From: Takakia lepidozioides
Taxonomy: Eukaryota > Plantae > Bryophyta
Direction of reading: 5' to 3'
Assembly (NCBI GenBank): GCA_030704615.1
Contig: CM060731.1
Location: forward strand, 79,050,001 to 79,114,000
DNA length: 64,000 nucleotides
Shown: one piece after another, positions 51,440-64,000 of the stretch
Layout: each line of letters opens with the position of its first letter
Position numbering within the stretch: the stretch's first letter is position 1
Notes under the pieces: generated by a model
What the model saw: the letters and a program-made list of their open reading frames with translations, nothing else
What the model was told of the DNA's origin: nothing
Database searches by the model: none
Position numbers and translations under genes: made by a program

Positions 51440-52610
51440 GGCATATGCGCCGTCGCATAAGCCCCACCAAGTTGCTCCTAATCTAGCACCTCCGCCGGCG
51501 CAGATGCCTAAATCACTTTCAGCTCTCACAGGTTTGCGAATCTCCACACATATACACAACCGTCTCCGCCGGCGGAGACAGCTCATTCCCCTTGGTTTTT
51601 TCTGATGCTTGGAAGGGTGGGCTGCCGCCTCCGCCGGCGCATACCGTTGGAGCTGGGATGCTCACATGTTTCAGGAAGTGCTCCTCCACTCCCATCCCGT
51701 TTATTTTTCCGCATGCTCATACGTTGCTGATGCTCCGAGCGGGCTGGGCTGGCGTATCCGCCGGCGCATACCTGTGCAGCAGGGCTGCTCAAATGTTTCT
51801 GGAAGTTCTCCCCCTTTCCATCTCCTTTGTTTTCCGCATGCTTAAAAGTTGTTGATGCTCCGAGCGGGCTGGGCTGGCATATCCGCCGGCGCATACCCAT
51901 TGAGTACATTCTTTTTTTGCTCAGCTCATAGGTTTCAGGAACCTCCTGCAAGCGTCTCCGCCGGCGGAGATGCTTGGAGCTTGGTTTTTTTTGCATATTC
52001 CTTGTGTTACGGAAGCTCAAAAGCGCCAAGGCTGGCACCTCTGTCAATGCAGATCCGTGGAGCAGGGCTACTCACATGTTTCAGGAAGTTCTTCCCCCCC
52101 CCCCTTCCATCTCCTTTGTTTCTCCGCATTCTCATAAGTTGTTGATGCTCCGAGCGGGCTGGGCTGTCATATCCGCCGGCGCATACCCATTGAGCACAAT
52201 CTTTTTTTGCTCAGCTCATAGGTTTCATGAACCTCTTGCAAGCGTCTCCGCTGGCGGAGATGCTTGGAGCTTGGTTTTTTGTTGCATATTCCCTGTGTTA
52301 CGTAAGCTCCAAAGCGCCGAGGCTGCCACCTCCGTCGGCGTAGACGCTTGGGGAACCTTTCCTATTTTGGTTGATCATAGTATTCAAGTATCTCAAAGCT
52401 TCTACGTTGCCACCTCCGCAACTCCACATGCTTCCATAGGCCTAGTTTGATCCTTCAAGGTGCTCCTGTATGTTTGGCTACAACCTCCCTTCCATGGTAT
52501 GCGCCGGTGCATATGTTCGGAGCTCCTTGAGCAAAAATTTCTTCAAGGGCCTCAAAGCTTGTTCAATTCTGAGTTGGTTGCACATATGTGTCATATGCGC
52601 CGGCGTAGGT
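51440..52610. repeat. Degenerate tandem repeats (units ~130-290 bp) rich in the CCGCCGGCG(CA) motif
   Basis: 'gttg(c/t)tgatgctccgagcgggctgggctg' at ~51723, 51848 and 52138; ccgccggcg recurs about ten times. Confidence 0.8.
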
Positions 52611-52901
52611 GGTCGGAGGTCCTCTGTTGGGATGCTCAGGCCTGTATTCTGCTCCAAGTTGTAGGCTATGAAAGACAGGATATTCATGGAATTAGTTGTC
52701 CAAATTCATTTGTTTTCTTCATGCAACCATGACACTGAACTGCTCTTTTTACATATTATACATTCACACATTTGCTCTTCTCATACACTGACATCCTGAA
52801 CTGTTTTGGTCTTTGGAATTAGGAAACTACTACTACAACTGAAGCTGTGGAGGCCGGGACGTTTGTAACCATTATTGACGACATTGATGCAGGGAATTGG
52901 G

Positions 52902-55900
52902 TGTTGCGCACCTCACTTCGGTAAGCTCCCCCCTCAAGTCATAGTTACTTGCTTGATGCGCGCACCTAACTCCCAACCTGGCCGCCGGGCCAACTTGGAT
53001 CTTCGGCTGCTCACCGGGGCATAACGGTCACCCCTACGATCTCCCAAAGAACCCTTCACCCCTTCAGAACCAGCGGAATTCCCTTTGGTAGTTGGCAGTC
53101 AGCTCCACACTCTTTGGATGCTTTCCGGCTCGCTCGCTTACTCACTAGTTTTTGGTCACCAACGGGCTTGCACCGTTCTCGGGGTTACTACTCCCTATAT
53201 ATACTTCTGTAGCTGTCCACGGGGGTTTCACAAACAACCATGCCATTTTATGGCGAACCACCACGAACACCCTCGACTCCCGGTGATGAGTCGCGGTGAG
53301 TCTTGGCCCACCCACCACGGCCCCTATGGACCGTGATGAGTCCAAGACTCCCACGACTCCCACCACGAGGTCTCCGCCTCAGGGTGAGTCCTATGCTACC
53401 CCCACTAAGTCCCGCTAAGCTACCACCACCCCTTGTGGAGCCACCCCCACCGCACCCCGGTGTGCGGGGCTCCTCCTAGTGAGCGCCTCCGCCTCCTTGA
53501 GTGCCTTGGGCACTCAAGGGTGCTTCAGCTCCCCATACCTATCGCTGCCACTGCCCCCACCACAGGGGCAGCCCCACTCGTGTCCCGGCCCCCTGCCCTC
53601 AAGGCAAAGGGCCGCGACACACACCCCTACCAACAGGGAGTCGATGTCCCCATCGACTTGTCCATTTTGTAGAAACGAACATCCAAGTTGTGGCGTCCCA
53701 TATCAAGGAGTTTGTTTCCGCACCATGGCGTCCCATGGTAAAGAACCAAACCCCACACTTGACTCTACTCTCCACTAGCTAGTTCGGCCGACTTCCTCCA
53801 AGTCCCGGCCAAGGGTGGAGCCTCTCCAGCTCCTCTCAGTGCACTCTTCTTGGCCTACGTCAAGGCCAAGGAACGATCCTCCCCGAGGATCGAATCGCCT
53901 TACTGCAACAACATTGCTTGCGATCGCTCATGATGCCGCTTTTGGCATTACCTTGAGCAAGGGTTCACCTGGAACCGTCTTTGACTAGGACGATAACCTT
54001 GAACCAACCGTTCGCCCCAATCACTACAATTGGGTCCGCCTTGGAATGCTGGCCTAAGGTACGGGAACACGCCGAAGCCGCACTACGACTTCGTCCCGAG
54101 GCTACACGATTATAGTACGTGAACGGAAGCATGTAGCTTCCGCGTTAGCCCGCACTACAAAGCAACCCCCTCGGTAGCGCAGTTATAGTATGCACACGCG
54201 CCAGGTGCGCACTAGCACGTGAACTCCTAAAGAAGGCACAAGTTTCCTTGCCCCTTGGATGGGAGTCACCCGATTTCGGCACTGCGCAAACACACGATTA
54301 ACCCAATTTACCTCTCCCACTTTTGTAAGCTAGCATGCATTCTACACACTAGCCAACCACACCATGCATCACCATTCCAAACAAAATAGGACGTACAACA
54401 TTTGGAACCCATTTCCTTTATAACAAATTTTTGTACAATACAAGTTTTTGCAATCGGATTCCTAAGCTAGCTAAGCCGGGCTAAGCATGCATTTCCTCCC
54501 CCACGCTCCAAGGTTGATGTCCCTATCAACGCTTCTTCCGCTTTTGAGGTCGCCCTTCGAAAACTGCAACCGCCTCGGATGCGTTTCTCATTTCTGAGGC
54601 ACGCACCCACGATGCCTCCACATGATGATAGCCCTTCCATTTGACGAGATACTCCGTTTCTCGGTTCTTGAACCTCCTCGACTTAAGTACTGCCTCCACC
54701 TCGTACTCAGGTTCAGTTTCATGATCCAACAACACAGGTGGCGGACGCAACACTTGATGCCGATTCGGACGCGCTTCATCTTTGAAGTAAGGCTTCAAAA
54801 GTGAGACGTGGAATACTGGATGCACCTTGCTGTTTGCCGGCAGCTCCAATTCATAAACATCCTCATTCATAACCTTCCGGATGCGAAAGGGTCCCGCATA
54901 CGGAGGTACGAACTTTGGAGTCACTTCCGGAGGTAGTCGGAAATTCTTTGATGTTCAACCAGACCTCCGTGCCTGCCTCAAACTTCACTTCCCTCCGCTT
55001 CCGATTCGCCTGCCTTTCATACCGTTTCCTAGCTTTGGCAATGTTGTACTTTGCGAGCTTCAACAAACGCTCGCGTTCTTCCAGTACCGCCGCTACTGCC
55101 GGTTCCTCAACGTCATGGGCGGCCCAACTTGTCGGCACCAGAGGTGCTTTTCCATAGACCAATACGAAAGGGGAAACTCCCGTTGCGGAGTGTTCTGTGT
55201 TATTATAACAGAACTCTGCCGCGTCTAAGTGTTCCACCCAGTCTGTTTGGTCTGCCGACACGTAATTAAGCAAGATCTGCTTCATTACGGAATTCACTCT
55301 TTCCGTTTGGCCGTCGGTCGTAGGTCGGAAGGCGGTGCTCATCTTCAGCCTCGTCCCCATCTTCTTCCAGAGTGCCCTCCAAAATTTACTCGTAAACTTT
55401 GGATCGCGGTCCGAGACAATATCCTTCGGGACTCCATGATGCTTTAAGACGTGGGCGAAGTAAAGTCACCCTGTTTCCTGCGCCGTTGTCGTCTCCTTGG
55501 TGGGGATGAAATGGCCCATTTTACTGAACCTATCCACCACCACCATGATTGCATCGAATCATTTTGACAGCGGCATAGTAGTCATGAAATCCATCGAGAC
55601 GCTTTCCCAAGTCCTCTCTGGAATCGGCAAGGGTTGTAACAGGCCCGTTTGCTTTTTGTACTCGCTCCGGTTTTGTTGGCATGTGGTGCATGTCTTGACA
55701 TACTCCTCTGCCCTCCTCCCTCAGTTTGGGCCAGAAATACTCTTTCTGCAAGAGTGCCGCAGTGCGCTTGGCTCCGCCGTGGCCCGCAAGCAGGCTATCA
55801 TGGCATTCTCTCAAGAGGCTATCTCTGATCCCTTTCTTCAGCACGTAGAGACGCTTTTGCTTATACCGGAGCAGTCCATTTTGCAAGTGGAACTGCGATT

Positions 55901-58176
55901 TAACCCCTATCCTCAAGTCCTGCATCACGGACTTCGCCAGCTCATCCTTCCGGCAAGCCTTCCGGATCTTCCTTTGGAGCGCCGTCTCGCCCCTGTACAC
56001 CAACAAGAGCTGCTGCTTTCTACTTAAAGCATCGGCCACCACGTTGTCCCGTCCCGGTTTGTACTGGATATCCACGTCGAACACCACCAAAGTATCTTGC
56101 TACCTAAGTTGTTTTGGGGACAACTTGGGCTGCGTGGCAAAATACTTCACCGTGACATTGTCCGTGAATACCTTTACTGGGTTGGAACCAACATAGTGGC
56201 GCCAAAGCTCAAGACAGTGCACCACCGCCTTCATCTCCTTCTCGTGCATCGGCCAACGTCGCTCCACTTCATTCAGTTTCTTACTTTCGTAAGCCACTGG
56301 ACGTCCATCTTGCATCAGTACACCCCCAATCGCAAAGTCCGACACATCTGTATGAATCTCGAACGGACGATCGAACTCCAGGATTTTCAAGACTGGAGCT
56401 TTCACCATCCGCTGCTTCAATTCCGCAAAAGCTTGGCCACAAAAGGTGTTCCATGCCCAGACTTTGGATTTACACAGAAGGTCTGACAGCGGCCCCGCGA
56501 TCTTGGCGAAATTTCTCACATACTTCCGGTAATAGGAGGCGAGTCCTAGGAAGGATCGCACTCCCGGGACCGAAGTCGGAGGCTCCCAGTCCAAGATTGC
56601 CCTCACCTTCCTGTCATCCATTCTGATCCCATCCTGTGTAATCACATGCCCCAGGAACTCCACTTTTGTGACCCCGAATTTGCACTTTGAAGCTTTGGCA
56701 TACAGCTTCCCTTCCCGCAATTTCTGGAACACCCTTTTGAGGTGCTCCAGGTGCTCCTCCTTTGTTTTCGAATACACCAAGATGTCGTCGATGTACACGA
56801 TCACAAAGTCATCCAACCACTCCTGGAAAAGGCTGTTCATCAGCGTGCTAAAGGTCGCGGGAGCGTTGGTGAGTCCAAAAGGCATCACCAAGAACTCATA
56901 TGAACCATACCTTGTCCTGCACGCGGTCTTCTCCTCATCTCCTTCCGCCACTCGAATTTGATGATAGCCGGAGCGCAGATCGATCCGGCTGAAATACTTC
57001 GCTCCTGCCAACCGATCGAAAAGGTCGTCGATCCTTGGCAAAGGGTACCGGTTTTTGATAGTCACCTTATTCAAAGCCCTGTAATCGACACACATCCACA
57101 GCGTCCCATCCTTCTTGTCTGCGAATAGCACCGGGGCTCCGTAAGGTGACTTACTCGGCCGGATGTACCCCTTTGACATTAGATCTTTGAGCTGAGTCTT
57201 CAGCTCGACCAACTCTCTGTGGCTCAACCAGTAGGGCGCCTTGGCAGGCGGTTCCGATCCCGGTATCACCTCAATCTTGTGGTCAACTCTTCTTCGCGGT
57301 GGCAAGCCGCTTGGTAAATCCTCCGGCATCACATCCTGGTATTTCTCCAAAATCCCCTTGATTCAATCTGGGCTCGGCTCCCCATCGCCTTCTCCCTTCA
57401 CTTCTCTAATGTAAAGCAAAAAACTGGGGCTCGTGTGCCTCCTCCACGGCCCACTCCTTTGCTGACAGAAGGTTTATTCGCCCTCCCACGGGTTTGGGCG
57501 TTTCCGACACTCGTAAGTCCTCGCCACCATTCCCACATGGTAGCGTGACTACTCTCTTGCGGCCATCTATGACCGCTCCGGATTTGCTCAAAAAGGTCAT
57601 CCCCAAAATGAGATCCACTTCATCGATCTTGCAGATGGTGAAGTTCTCACGTCCCTCCCAACTCCCCAGTTGAAGAGAAACATCAAACGCCAACCTTGTC
57701 GCCAATTGTGGTTCTCCTTTGGTAGAACGCACCTCAATAGAGGCCCCCACGTCACTTGTCGGGAGTCCCAGCTTTTGTGCCGTTGCCGGTGTCATGAAGG
57801 AGTGCGACGCTCCTGTGTCCACCAACAACGATACGTTAGTTCCGGATATTATCCCATCCACGAACAATAACTGACTCCCTTTATGTAAGGCGTCAGTTTC
57901 CTGATACAACTCACAAGAAAATTTGCCTACCTTGCAAGTCCTGGCGACCACCGCTTCCACCAAGCGACTGATGGTATCTTTTGACAGCTCTGTGGTCGCC
58001 CGAGTCATGTTCAATTGCCGGGGCTTCGTGCACTTCTTGGCCATGTGCCCGGGCTCCCCGCAATTGAAACACACTCCATCAAAGGTCGCCTTCTGTCTAC
58101 CATAGGCCGCTCCACCCGCTTTTCCTTTCGAAGCACCGGGTGCCGCCTTGACTTGTGAAGGCCCTCCCTTCGATTT
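52902..58176 (-). mobile_element. Chromovirus family A, copy 3; 5'-truncated within gag
   Basis: 3' LTR 52902-53619; chromodomain, integrase, RT-RNase H (56100-57350), protease and knuckle (57406-58074); homology to copies 1 and 2 ends at 58176. Confidence 0.95.
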
Positions 58177-60859
58177 ATGCTATCCATGTCCACCTATGAC
58201 GATGTAGAGATCCTAAAGGAGATTCATGAAGCACTGAAGAGCGACCAATTTGCCACGACACTACGAAGTTAACTAAATCGACCTCGAGACAACCCACATA
58301 TTATAAACGATTTCGAATTCAAAGATGGCTTACTTTATTTCAAGGGACTTCTCTATGTACCTCCAGGACCTACACGACTTCGAATTCTTCAAACATGTCA
58401 TGATCTTCCGGCTGCAGGACATTTCGGCTTCAACAAAACAATGGAATTGATATCCAGGGACTATTGGTGGCCGCAGGTGTGGAAACTTGTGAAAGAATTT
58501 GTAAAATTTTGTGACACCTGTGCTAGGGCGAAGGGACCACGACATCGACCTTACGGCCTTCTTCAACCATTACCCATTCCTAAGAATCCATGGTCGTCCT
58601 TGTCTATGGACTTTATTACGGACCTTCCAATTTCCTAGACCACCGACTCAATCTTTGTTATTGTGGATCGTTTTACGAAGATGACACATTTCATTCCATG
58701 TAATAAGACGGTTACTGACGAGGAAACTGCAAGACTCTTCCTCAATAATATCTACCGCATTCATGGACTCCCGAAAGACATCGTATCTGATCGAGGGGAT
58801 TATTTCACATATTGGATACTAAGATCAACCTCTCTACAGCTAATCATCCTAGACTGATGGTCAAACCAAACACGTAAACCAAATTTTGGAGCAATATCTT
58901 CGTTGTACGATAAATTATCACCAAGACAATTGGACGGACCTTCTGCCATTAGCCGAGTTTGCCTACAACAACACTATACATTCTTCGACCAAGTAAACTC
59001 TATTTTTCTCCAATTATGGTCATCATCCTCGAGCAAACCCTTTCCACATGAAAACTGTTGGAAGCCCTGCTGCAGAAAACCTTGCTACTCATCTTGCTAT
59101 GATTCACAAGGAGCTTACATTCCGCCTCGCGGAAGCTCAAAAACAATACAAGGAGTATGCAGATCAACATCGTCAACTTCAATCCCAGTTCAAGGTCGGA
59201 GATCGAGTGTGGCTTCTTCAACGGGACATACAAATCTCGCGACTATCAAGGAAGTTGGATTATCACCCCTGGGACCATTCAAAATTATTCGACAAATAAA
59301 TCAGGTCAGTTTTTGGCTTGAACTCCTACGAAGTATGCATATCCATCTAGTATTTCATGTTTCATTATTGAAGTTGTATCATCCATCGAATATCCCAGGG
59401 AGAGTCTCCGTACCACCTCCACCAATCGACGTCAATCAGGAAATCAAGTATGAAGTCGATGAAGTCCTAGACTCTCGCATCAAATATAAACGTCTTGAGT
59501 ATTTTGTACATTGGAAAGACTACGACATTAGCGAACGAACGTGGGAACCTTCATCCAACCTCGCCAATGCATCTGACAAAGTCCAAGAGTTTCATCAACG
59601 ATATCCAGCTAAGCCCCGAGCTACACGTCAATAAGACGTCACAACAATGATGTCAGCCAAGTTAGGTGAAGACTCCACAGTCAGTGTACCTGATATACGC
59701 TAAGGAGGAAGGAGCATCACACATCAATATATATAGCTACACTTCCAGCACTTTTGCATCTTGTATTGGCAGCATGGAGTCACATGAACCAGATACATTG
59801 GAGCAATCGCTTACCCAACTACCAGATCAGCCGTTTCGACTCTCACGACCTTCAACATCACGCCGACGCTCTCGAGACGATGGGCCACCAATGCGACGCG
59901 TACTTCTTTGTCTGGACCCCGTACGACGGCAAGTGGAGCCTACTCGAAGTCTGATAATTCTGTTGGAGGTTGAGGCTTCGGACCCAGAGAGCAACAAAAT
60001 CATGTTGGAGGCAGTTTAAAAAATCAGAATGCTCAAATCACTGCGTGGTCCCAAGTTCAAGGTGTTGGACACTATCGATGGTTGCAGGGACCTGTAAATC
60101 ATTTGAGTCAAGAACGAAAAGCCGAATATTTGGCAAGTACCATTCGTCGGATTTTGGATTTTCTCCAGCTCTAAGCAAGTCCAAGATTTTACCGCTCCTC
60201 GAGGAACTCGGCGATAGAAGAGGGGGTGATATCACGGACATAGTCCAGAGGAACTTACTAGGAGTAAATACCAGAAGTTACTAAGTTACCATGAAAATTA
60301 CCGTGATTTATCATGATCTACCATAAATTACCATAAGTTACCAAATTACCGAGAGTAACTTGAGAAACTGCTCAGGAAGTTTCCTTTGGAAGAAACTTCT
60401 TCATCAAGATACCTCTTTTGTCTAAGGAAACTTCTGTAAAGAAACTTCTCCATCAAGAAACCTTTGTTTAACCTTGGAAATTTCTCCATCAAGAAACCTC
60501 TTTTGGGGAAGCATCTTAGGGAACCTCCTAGTAGCCAGTATATATAGGAGGCGAGACTGGACACTCTTCAGTTTCGCCAACACCAGTTCAAGCTACTCTT
60601 GTTTCCAATTTCCAGTACTCCAATCCAGTCCCCAGTACTCTAGTCCAGTTTCCAGTATCTGGTACCCCAGTCGAGTTTCTAGCATTCCAGTATTCAAGTC
60701 GTGTTCCAATATCTTGTACTCTTGTTCATTGTTATAAAGATCGTCTTGATTCGTATTTACTCATCATGCATTCGGCCACGCCGACCTTGACTTCTTGTCT
60801 AGTCTTGTACCTCTAGTCTGATCTCTCGTTTGTGTTCAGTCATGTTTTCGTCCTTGACA
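58177..60859 (+). mobile_element. 3' part of a family-C chromovirus: integrase, chromodomain, extra ORF remnant, PPT and 3' LTR (60230-60859)
   Basis: HDLPAAGHFG, SMDFITDLP, IVSDRG, GPFKI, YEVDEVLDSR..YFVHWKDY..TWEP; PPT agaagagggggtga at 60216-60229. Confidence 0.92.
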
Positions 60860-61130
60860 ATCAACCCAAAATGATCTCTTGTGTGTGCTGCTTGTGTCCG
60901 TAGTCAGGTAATGTCGGATTGGTCTGTGACACGGTGCAGCTAAGCAGGCAGAGATTGAAACACGACCTCGTAAGACCAAGCTGACTCTCCCAAGAACCTT
61001 GTAAACATCAGGAAGAATACCAAATCATGGTACTAACAGGAGCCCAGAGCCCACATTTGCAGGATGGACAAACTTCTTCACATCGTGCAGTCTCCAATGC
61101 CTTCATTCCACATCTATGCTGGGCAAACCG

Positions 61131-61330
61131 TCAGCCATTCTGTTGAACACTGCCATCTTTCATGCTCACACACTTCGCATACATATCCACCAGAGTAGTG
61201 TCCAGAATGATAGTTGGCACAATTCCAGCTTTCAATGGCAGCATGGACCTCTCTAGAGCTTGAAATCCGGCCCTTTTGCATGAATCTGAATGTAACTTAT
61301 TCATTCCAGAGCTTCTCTTCGTCTCTGTTA
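61131..61330 (-). pseudogene. PPR gene fragment
   Basis: KAGIVPTIILDTTLVDMYAKC.SMKD is a PLS-type motif. Confidence 0.65.
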
Positions 61331-63082
61331 TCTGTGAAAAAGGTTCTACATGTAGGATCTCCGTCTGTGAGATCGCTGTGTGAAACCCTTTCGCGCTTAA
61401 GGACGCGAGGGTATAGTCAACCAATCCCCACGCACATCTCTCCCGATTATTTTCCGGTTCCTTTCGGGCAGCCTGGGCAGATTCCAAAGATATTGACGAC
61501 AATGATGTGGCTATGATGACGTGTCGACGATGACATGGCTACGATGACATGGCAATGATGACGAGGCACTATCGCACCCTATTCCTGCTCTACGCTAAAC
61601 TAGCTTCCAACCTTCGGTAGTCGCTAGAATTACAAAAACGAGTTGAATTTGAATTGAAGTTGCAAGATTTGAGACCTTCACTCTCCCTTTCCTCTCTACT
61701 TCTATTTGCTGTTCAAAGGTAGGCTTCCTGCCCAGAGTTTAAATTTCAGTCTAGTGCGTTACCTTTCATAGGAAATGGATGAAATTATGCCATAGGTGGA
61801 TGAAGTTACGTCTTCTGCCTTGGCAAATTGTGGAATCTATTAATTTCGTGTGGTATTTTACAAAGGTAAAATTTCATCGGTGCTTGACGTTCAAGTTATG
61901 GGCCTTTCTTTGACATCACAGCTCAAATCTATGTTGTCTTCACATCCAGTAGCCAACTTGCAACATGATGTGCAGATGAGTTTTTTTGCTTCCATCCCCA
62001 TGCAGAGAAAGACATCCAACAGCTACAACATTTTCCTGGGATTATCCCAGACACAATCTTGCGTAGCACTATGGCAAATTGGGAATCTCCCTTTTTAAAT
62101 AGATTGCCTTCGCGATCTCATTCTAATGGTACAACAATTCTACATTGCACATAAAAAATGAATGCAGAAGGAGGATAGTTCAGTTTAACAGCCCCATCCC
62201 ATTCTTGACCAACCTACAAAATACTTCAAAGATTAACTTAGGTTGCACATTATTTCCTCTTGCAAACTTGAAACTCACCACCGCACCAAAACACCTGCCA
62301 CCAATCTTCATCGGCATGTTGCCTTCTGTCAAATTGCTAAATCCAACCTAGCAAACCATCGCAGTTCATCTCTACCAGACCTCAATTACCTCTCCTCATA
62401 CAATGCAAGGAACTAATCTTCAGAGGAACAGAATCTAACTCCTACCAACTCGTCTAGCTCTACCAAGTTCTGCGCTTTTGCCTCGCCCAATCTGCATCAG
62501 CCCCCAGGTTGCAAAACCTAAGATTTTGGTAACACAGGGCACACACTTCTCGCAGACTTATTCAAAATGTTGTGCCTCGTAACAATGCACTGATGCATTC
62601 AAGATGATGTGAAATGAATGGATCTGCTGGCAGAAAACTGATTGTACAGCTGTGCGGCAAAAGTGAAGTAGAACAATGGCTGGGATGTGCCAAGTGTTAA
62701 TGATAAAGAGACAGGAAAGGAAAAATTCACCTCAGATCATGTCATATGACCGAAACACCTCCCAAAGATTGCTGTGTTGCATTCCCTGAAACACCTGCAG
62801 ACAACACAGTTGAATTAAACCCATGCCTAACCATCCCTTGCCAGTTTTGCTCAAAAATGTCACAGGCCTGAAGCCACAGACATGGAAAAAATTCGAAGAG
62901 ACTCTACATAGGAAGAGTCTGGATGACATTTGTTGTGACAGCAAGCGATTAGAAAAAACATCAAATATGTGCATTAGTCCGGACAACTAGCAATGCTCAA
63001 GTCCAAATCATACCATGACACCCTTCTCTACATTAGTATTGGCACACTTTCTTATTCCGATCGCAAAATGTTGGAGGAATTA

Positions 63083-63935
63083 CCAGGCACACTAGTGCCC
63101 AGCGCAGGAGAGCCTTGGGAAAGTCGGCCTTTCCCTGCAACTGACTGCCCGTTCTCCAAAGAGATTCCTCCGGTCCCAAATTTGCTGTCTAAATGCTGGA
63201 GACCTGGAGCACCGCCCTGGCCAGTTGTTGTCCCTGGCCGAGCATGGTCTAGAGGTTGCAGAGGTCCTGGTTCTGACTTCACGTGTGTTAGCTGCGAGGC
63301 TTGCACAGGCAGGAGCTTCTTGTCTCTTTGCTTTCCAAGCTGTAGGAGGTTCCATACAGGGAGTGCCCCAGTTAAAAAAAGTCAGTCACAATAATCACTG
63401 CTTTAGAGTTGCCAAAGGTGCGAGTTCAAATTTTAGTAGAATGTCGACACATCTGACCATAGCCCTTTCTAGGTATAGATTCAATGTACCATGCAGTCAG
63501 CAGTTGAATCCACCCTAATTCCATGCCCATAACCACTAGGCTTGCAATTTGACTTAAGTTACTTTATTAACCAAGTTAGGCACTACTTTCCTTTGACAAC
63601 TTTCAATTCCAAAAGGTTGATGCTTGATGAGAAACTGAAAGCATACTGAAAGAGACACCAGAATGAGGGCTAGAGGAACAGAGAAATGACCTTCTTCTGA
63701 CTGGAACCTAAGGGCTGAACCTTGGTCTGCAGGTCCGAAGATTGGTCTGAAGAGAGAGCAAGTGCAGATGGCAGCTGCCCACCAGGTTCTGACAGAGTAT
63801 CATCAGGGCTTGTCCCTGCATTAGGGATGGCTCGAGTGCTTGCATCACGGAAAAGAGAGCCTAAAACTGCACGCATACGTTGATGGTGTCTCAAACAGTA
63901 CACCTTGGTGGCCATTGGTAAGGGATTAACCTCAG
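63083..63935 (-). CDS. Possible host-gene exons of unknown product (~63691-63935 and ~63083-63340)
   Basis: Stop-free S/G/P/Q-rich frames bounded by plausible AG acceptors and GT donors; no recognisable domain. Confidence 0.3.
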
Positions 63936-64000
63936 CTGCATAATCAACACACAGAAAACATGAAGTTACATACTAAACACACTTCCTTTACCAGCATCCT

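Noticed and set aside
51158-52900. Divergently oriented second (MURB-like) gene next to the MULE transposase
   Set aside because: Some splice-like sites exist, but the frames derive from tandem repeats and no coherent protein could be built.
11529-60859. Family-C 5' half (11529-13410) and 3' half (58177-60859) as one element split by 45 kb of insertions
   Set aside because: The two LTRs differ in indel structure (the 60230 copy resembles the solo LTR more), RT/RNase H is missing, and the left TSD cannot be tested.

Overview
Eukaryotic, transposon-dominated window. PLS-type PPR remnants, OSB-type PDF repeats and chromoviruses point to a land plant, probably a non-seed plant (inference). The main feature is a 26-kb minus-strand Ty3/Gypsy element (17720-43986). 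Its degraded polyprotein reads Gag - protease - C5 DNA methyltransferase - RT - RNase H - integrase - PHD finger. Its ends are not a normal LTR pair. They are split direct repeats (element sense: B - internal - A - B - A) with a 4-bp TSD, and an 18-nt self-complementary sequence sits where a tRNA primer-binding site should be. A second, sequence-divergent PHD-Gypsy (9172-11528) shows the same A-B-A end. Two full-length chromoviruses and a 2.2-kb satellite lie inside the large element. Also present: a third, truncated chromovirus copy; three pieces of a Tf1/Tcn1-like self-priming chromovirus family; an L1-type LINE; a MULE-type transposase and a separate SWIM fragment; a non-autonomous CACTA element; PPR/PDF pseudogene debris; two tRNA-like motifs; and an AT-rich island with a small spliced pseudogene. 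No intact host gene is securely identified. Many frameshifts may be sequencing indels.
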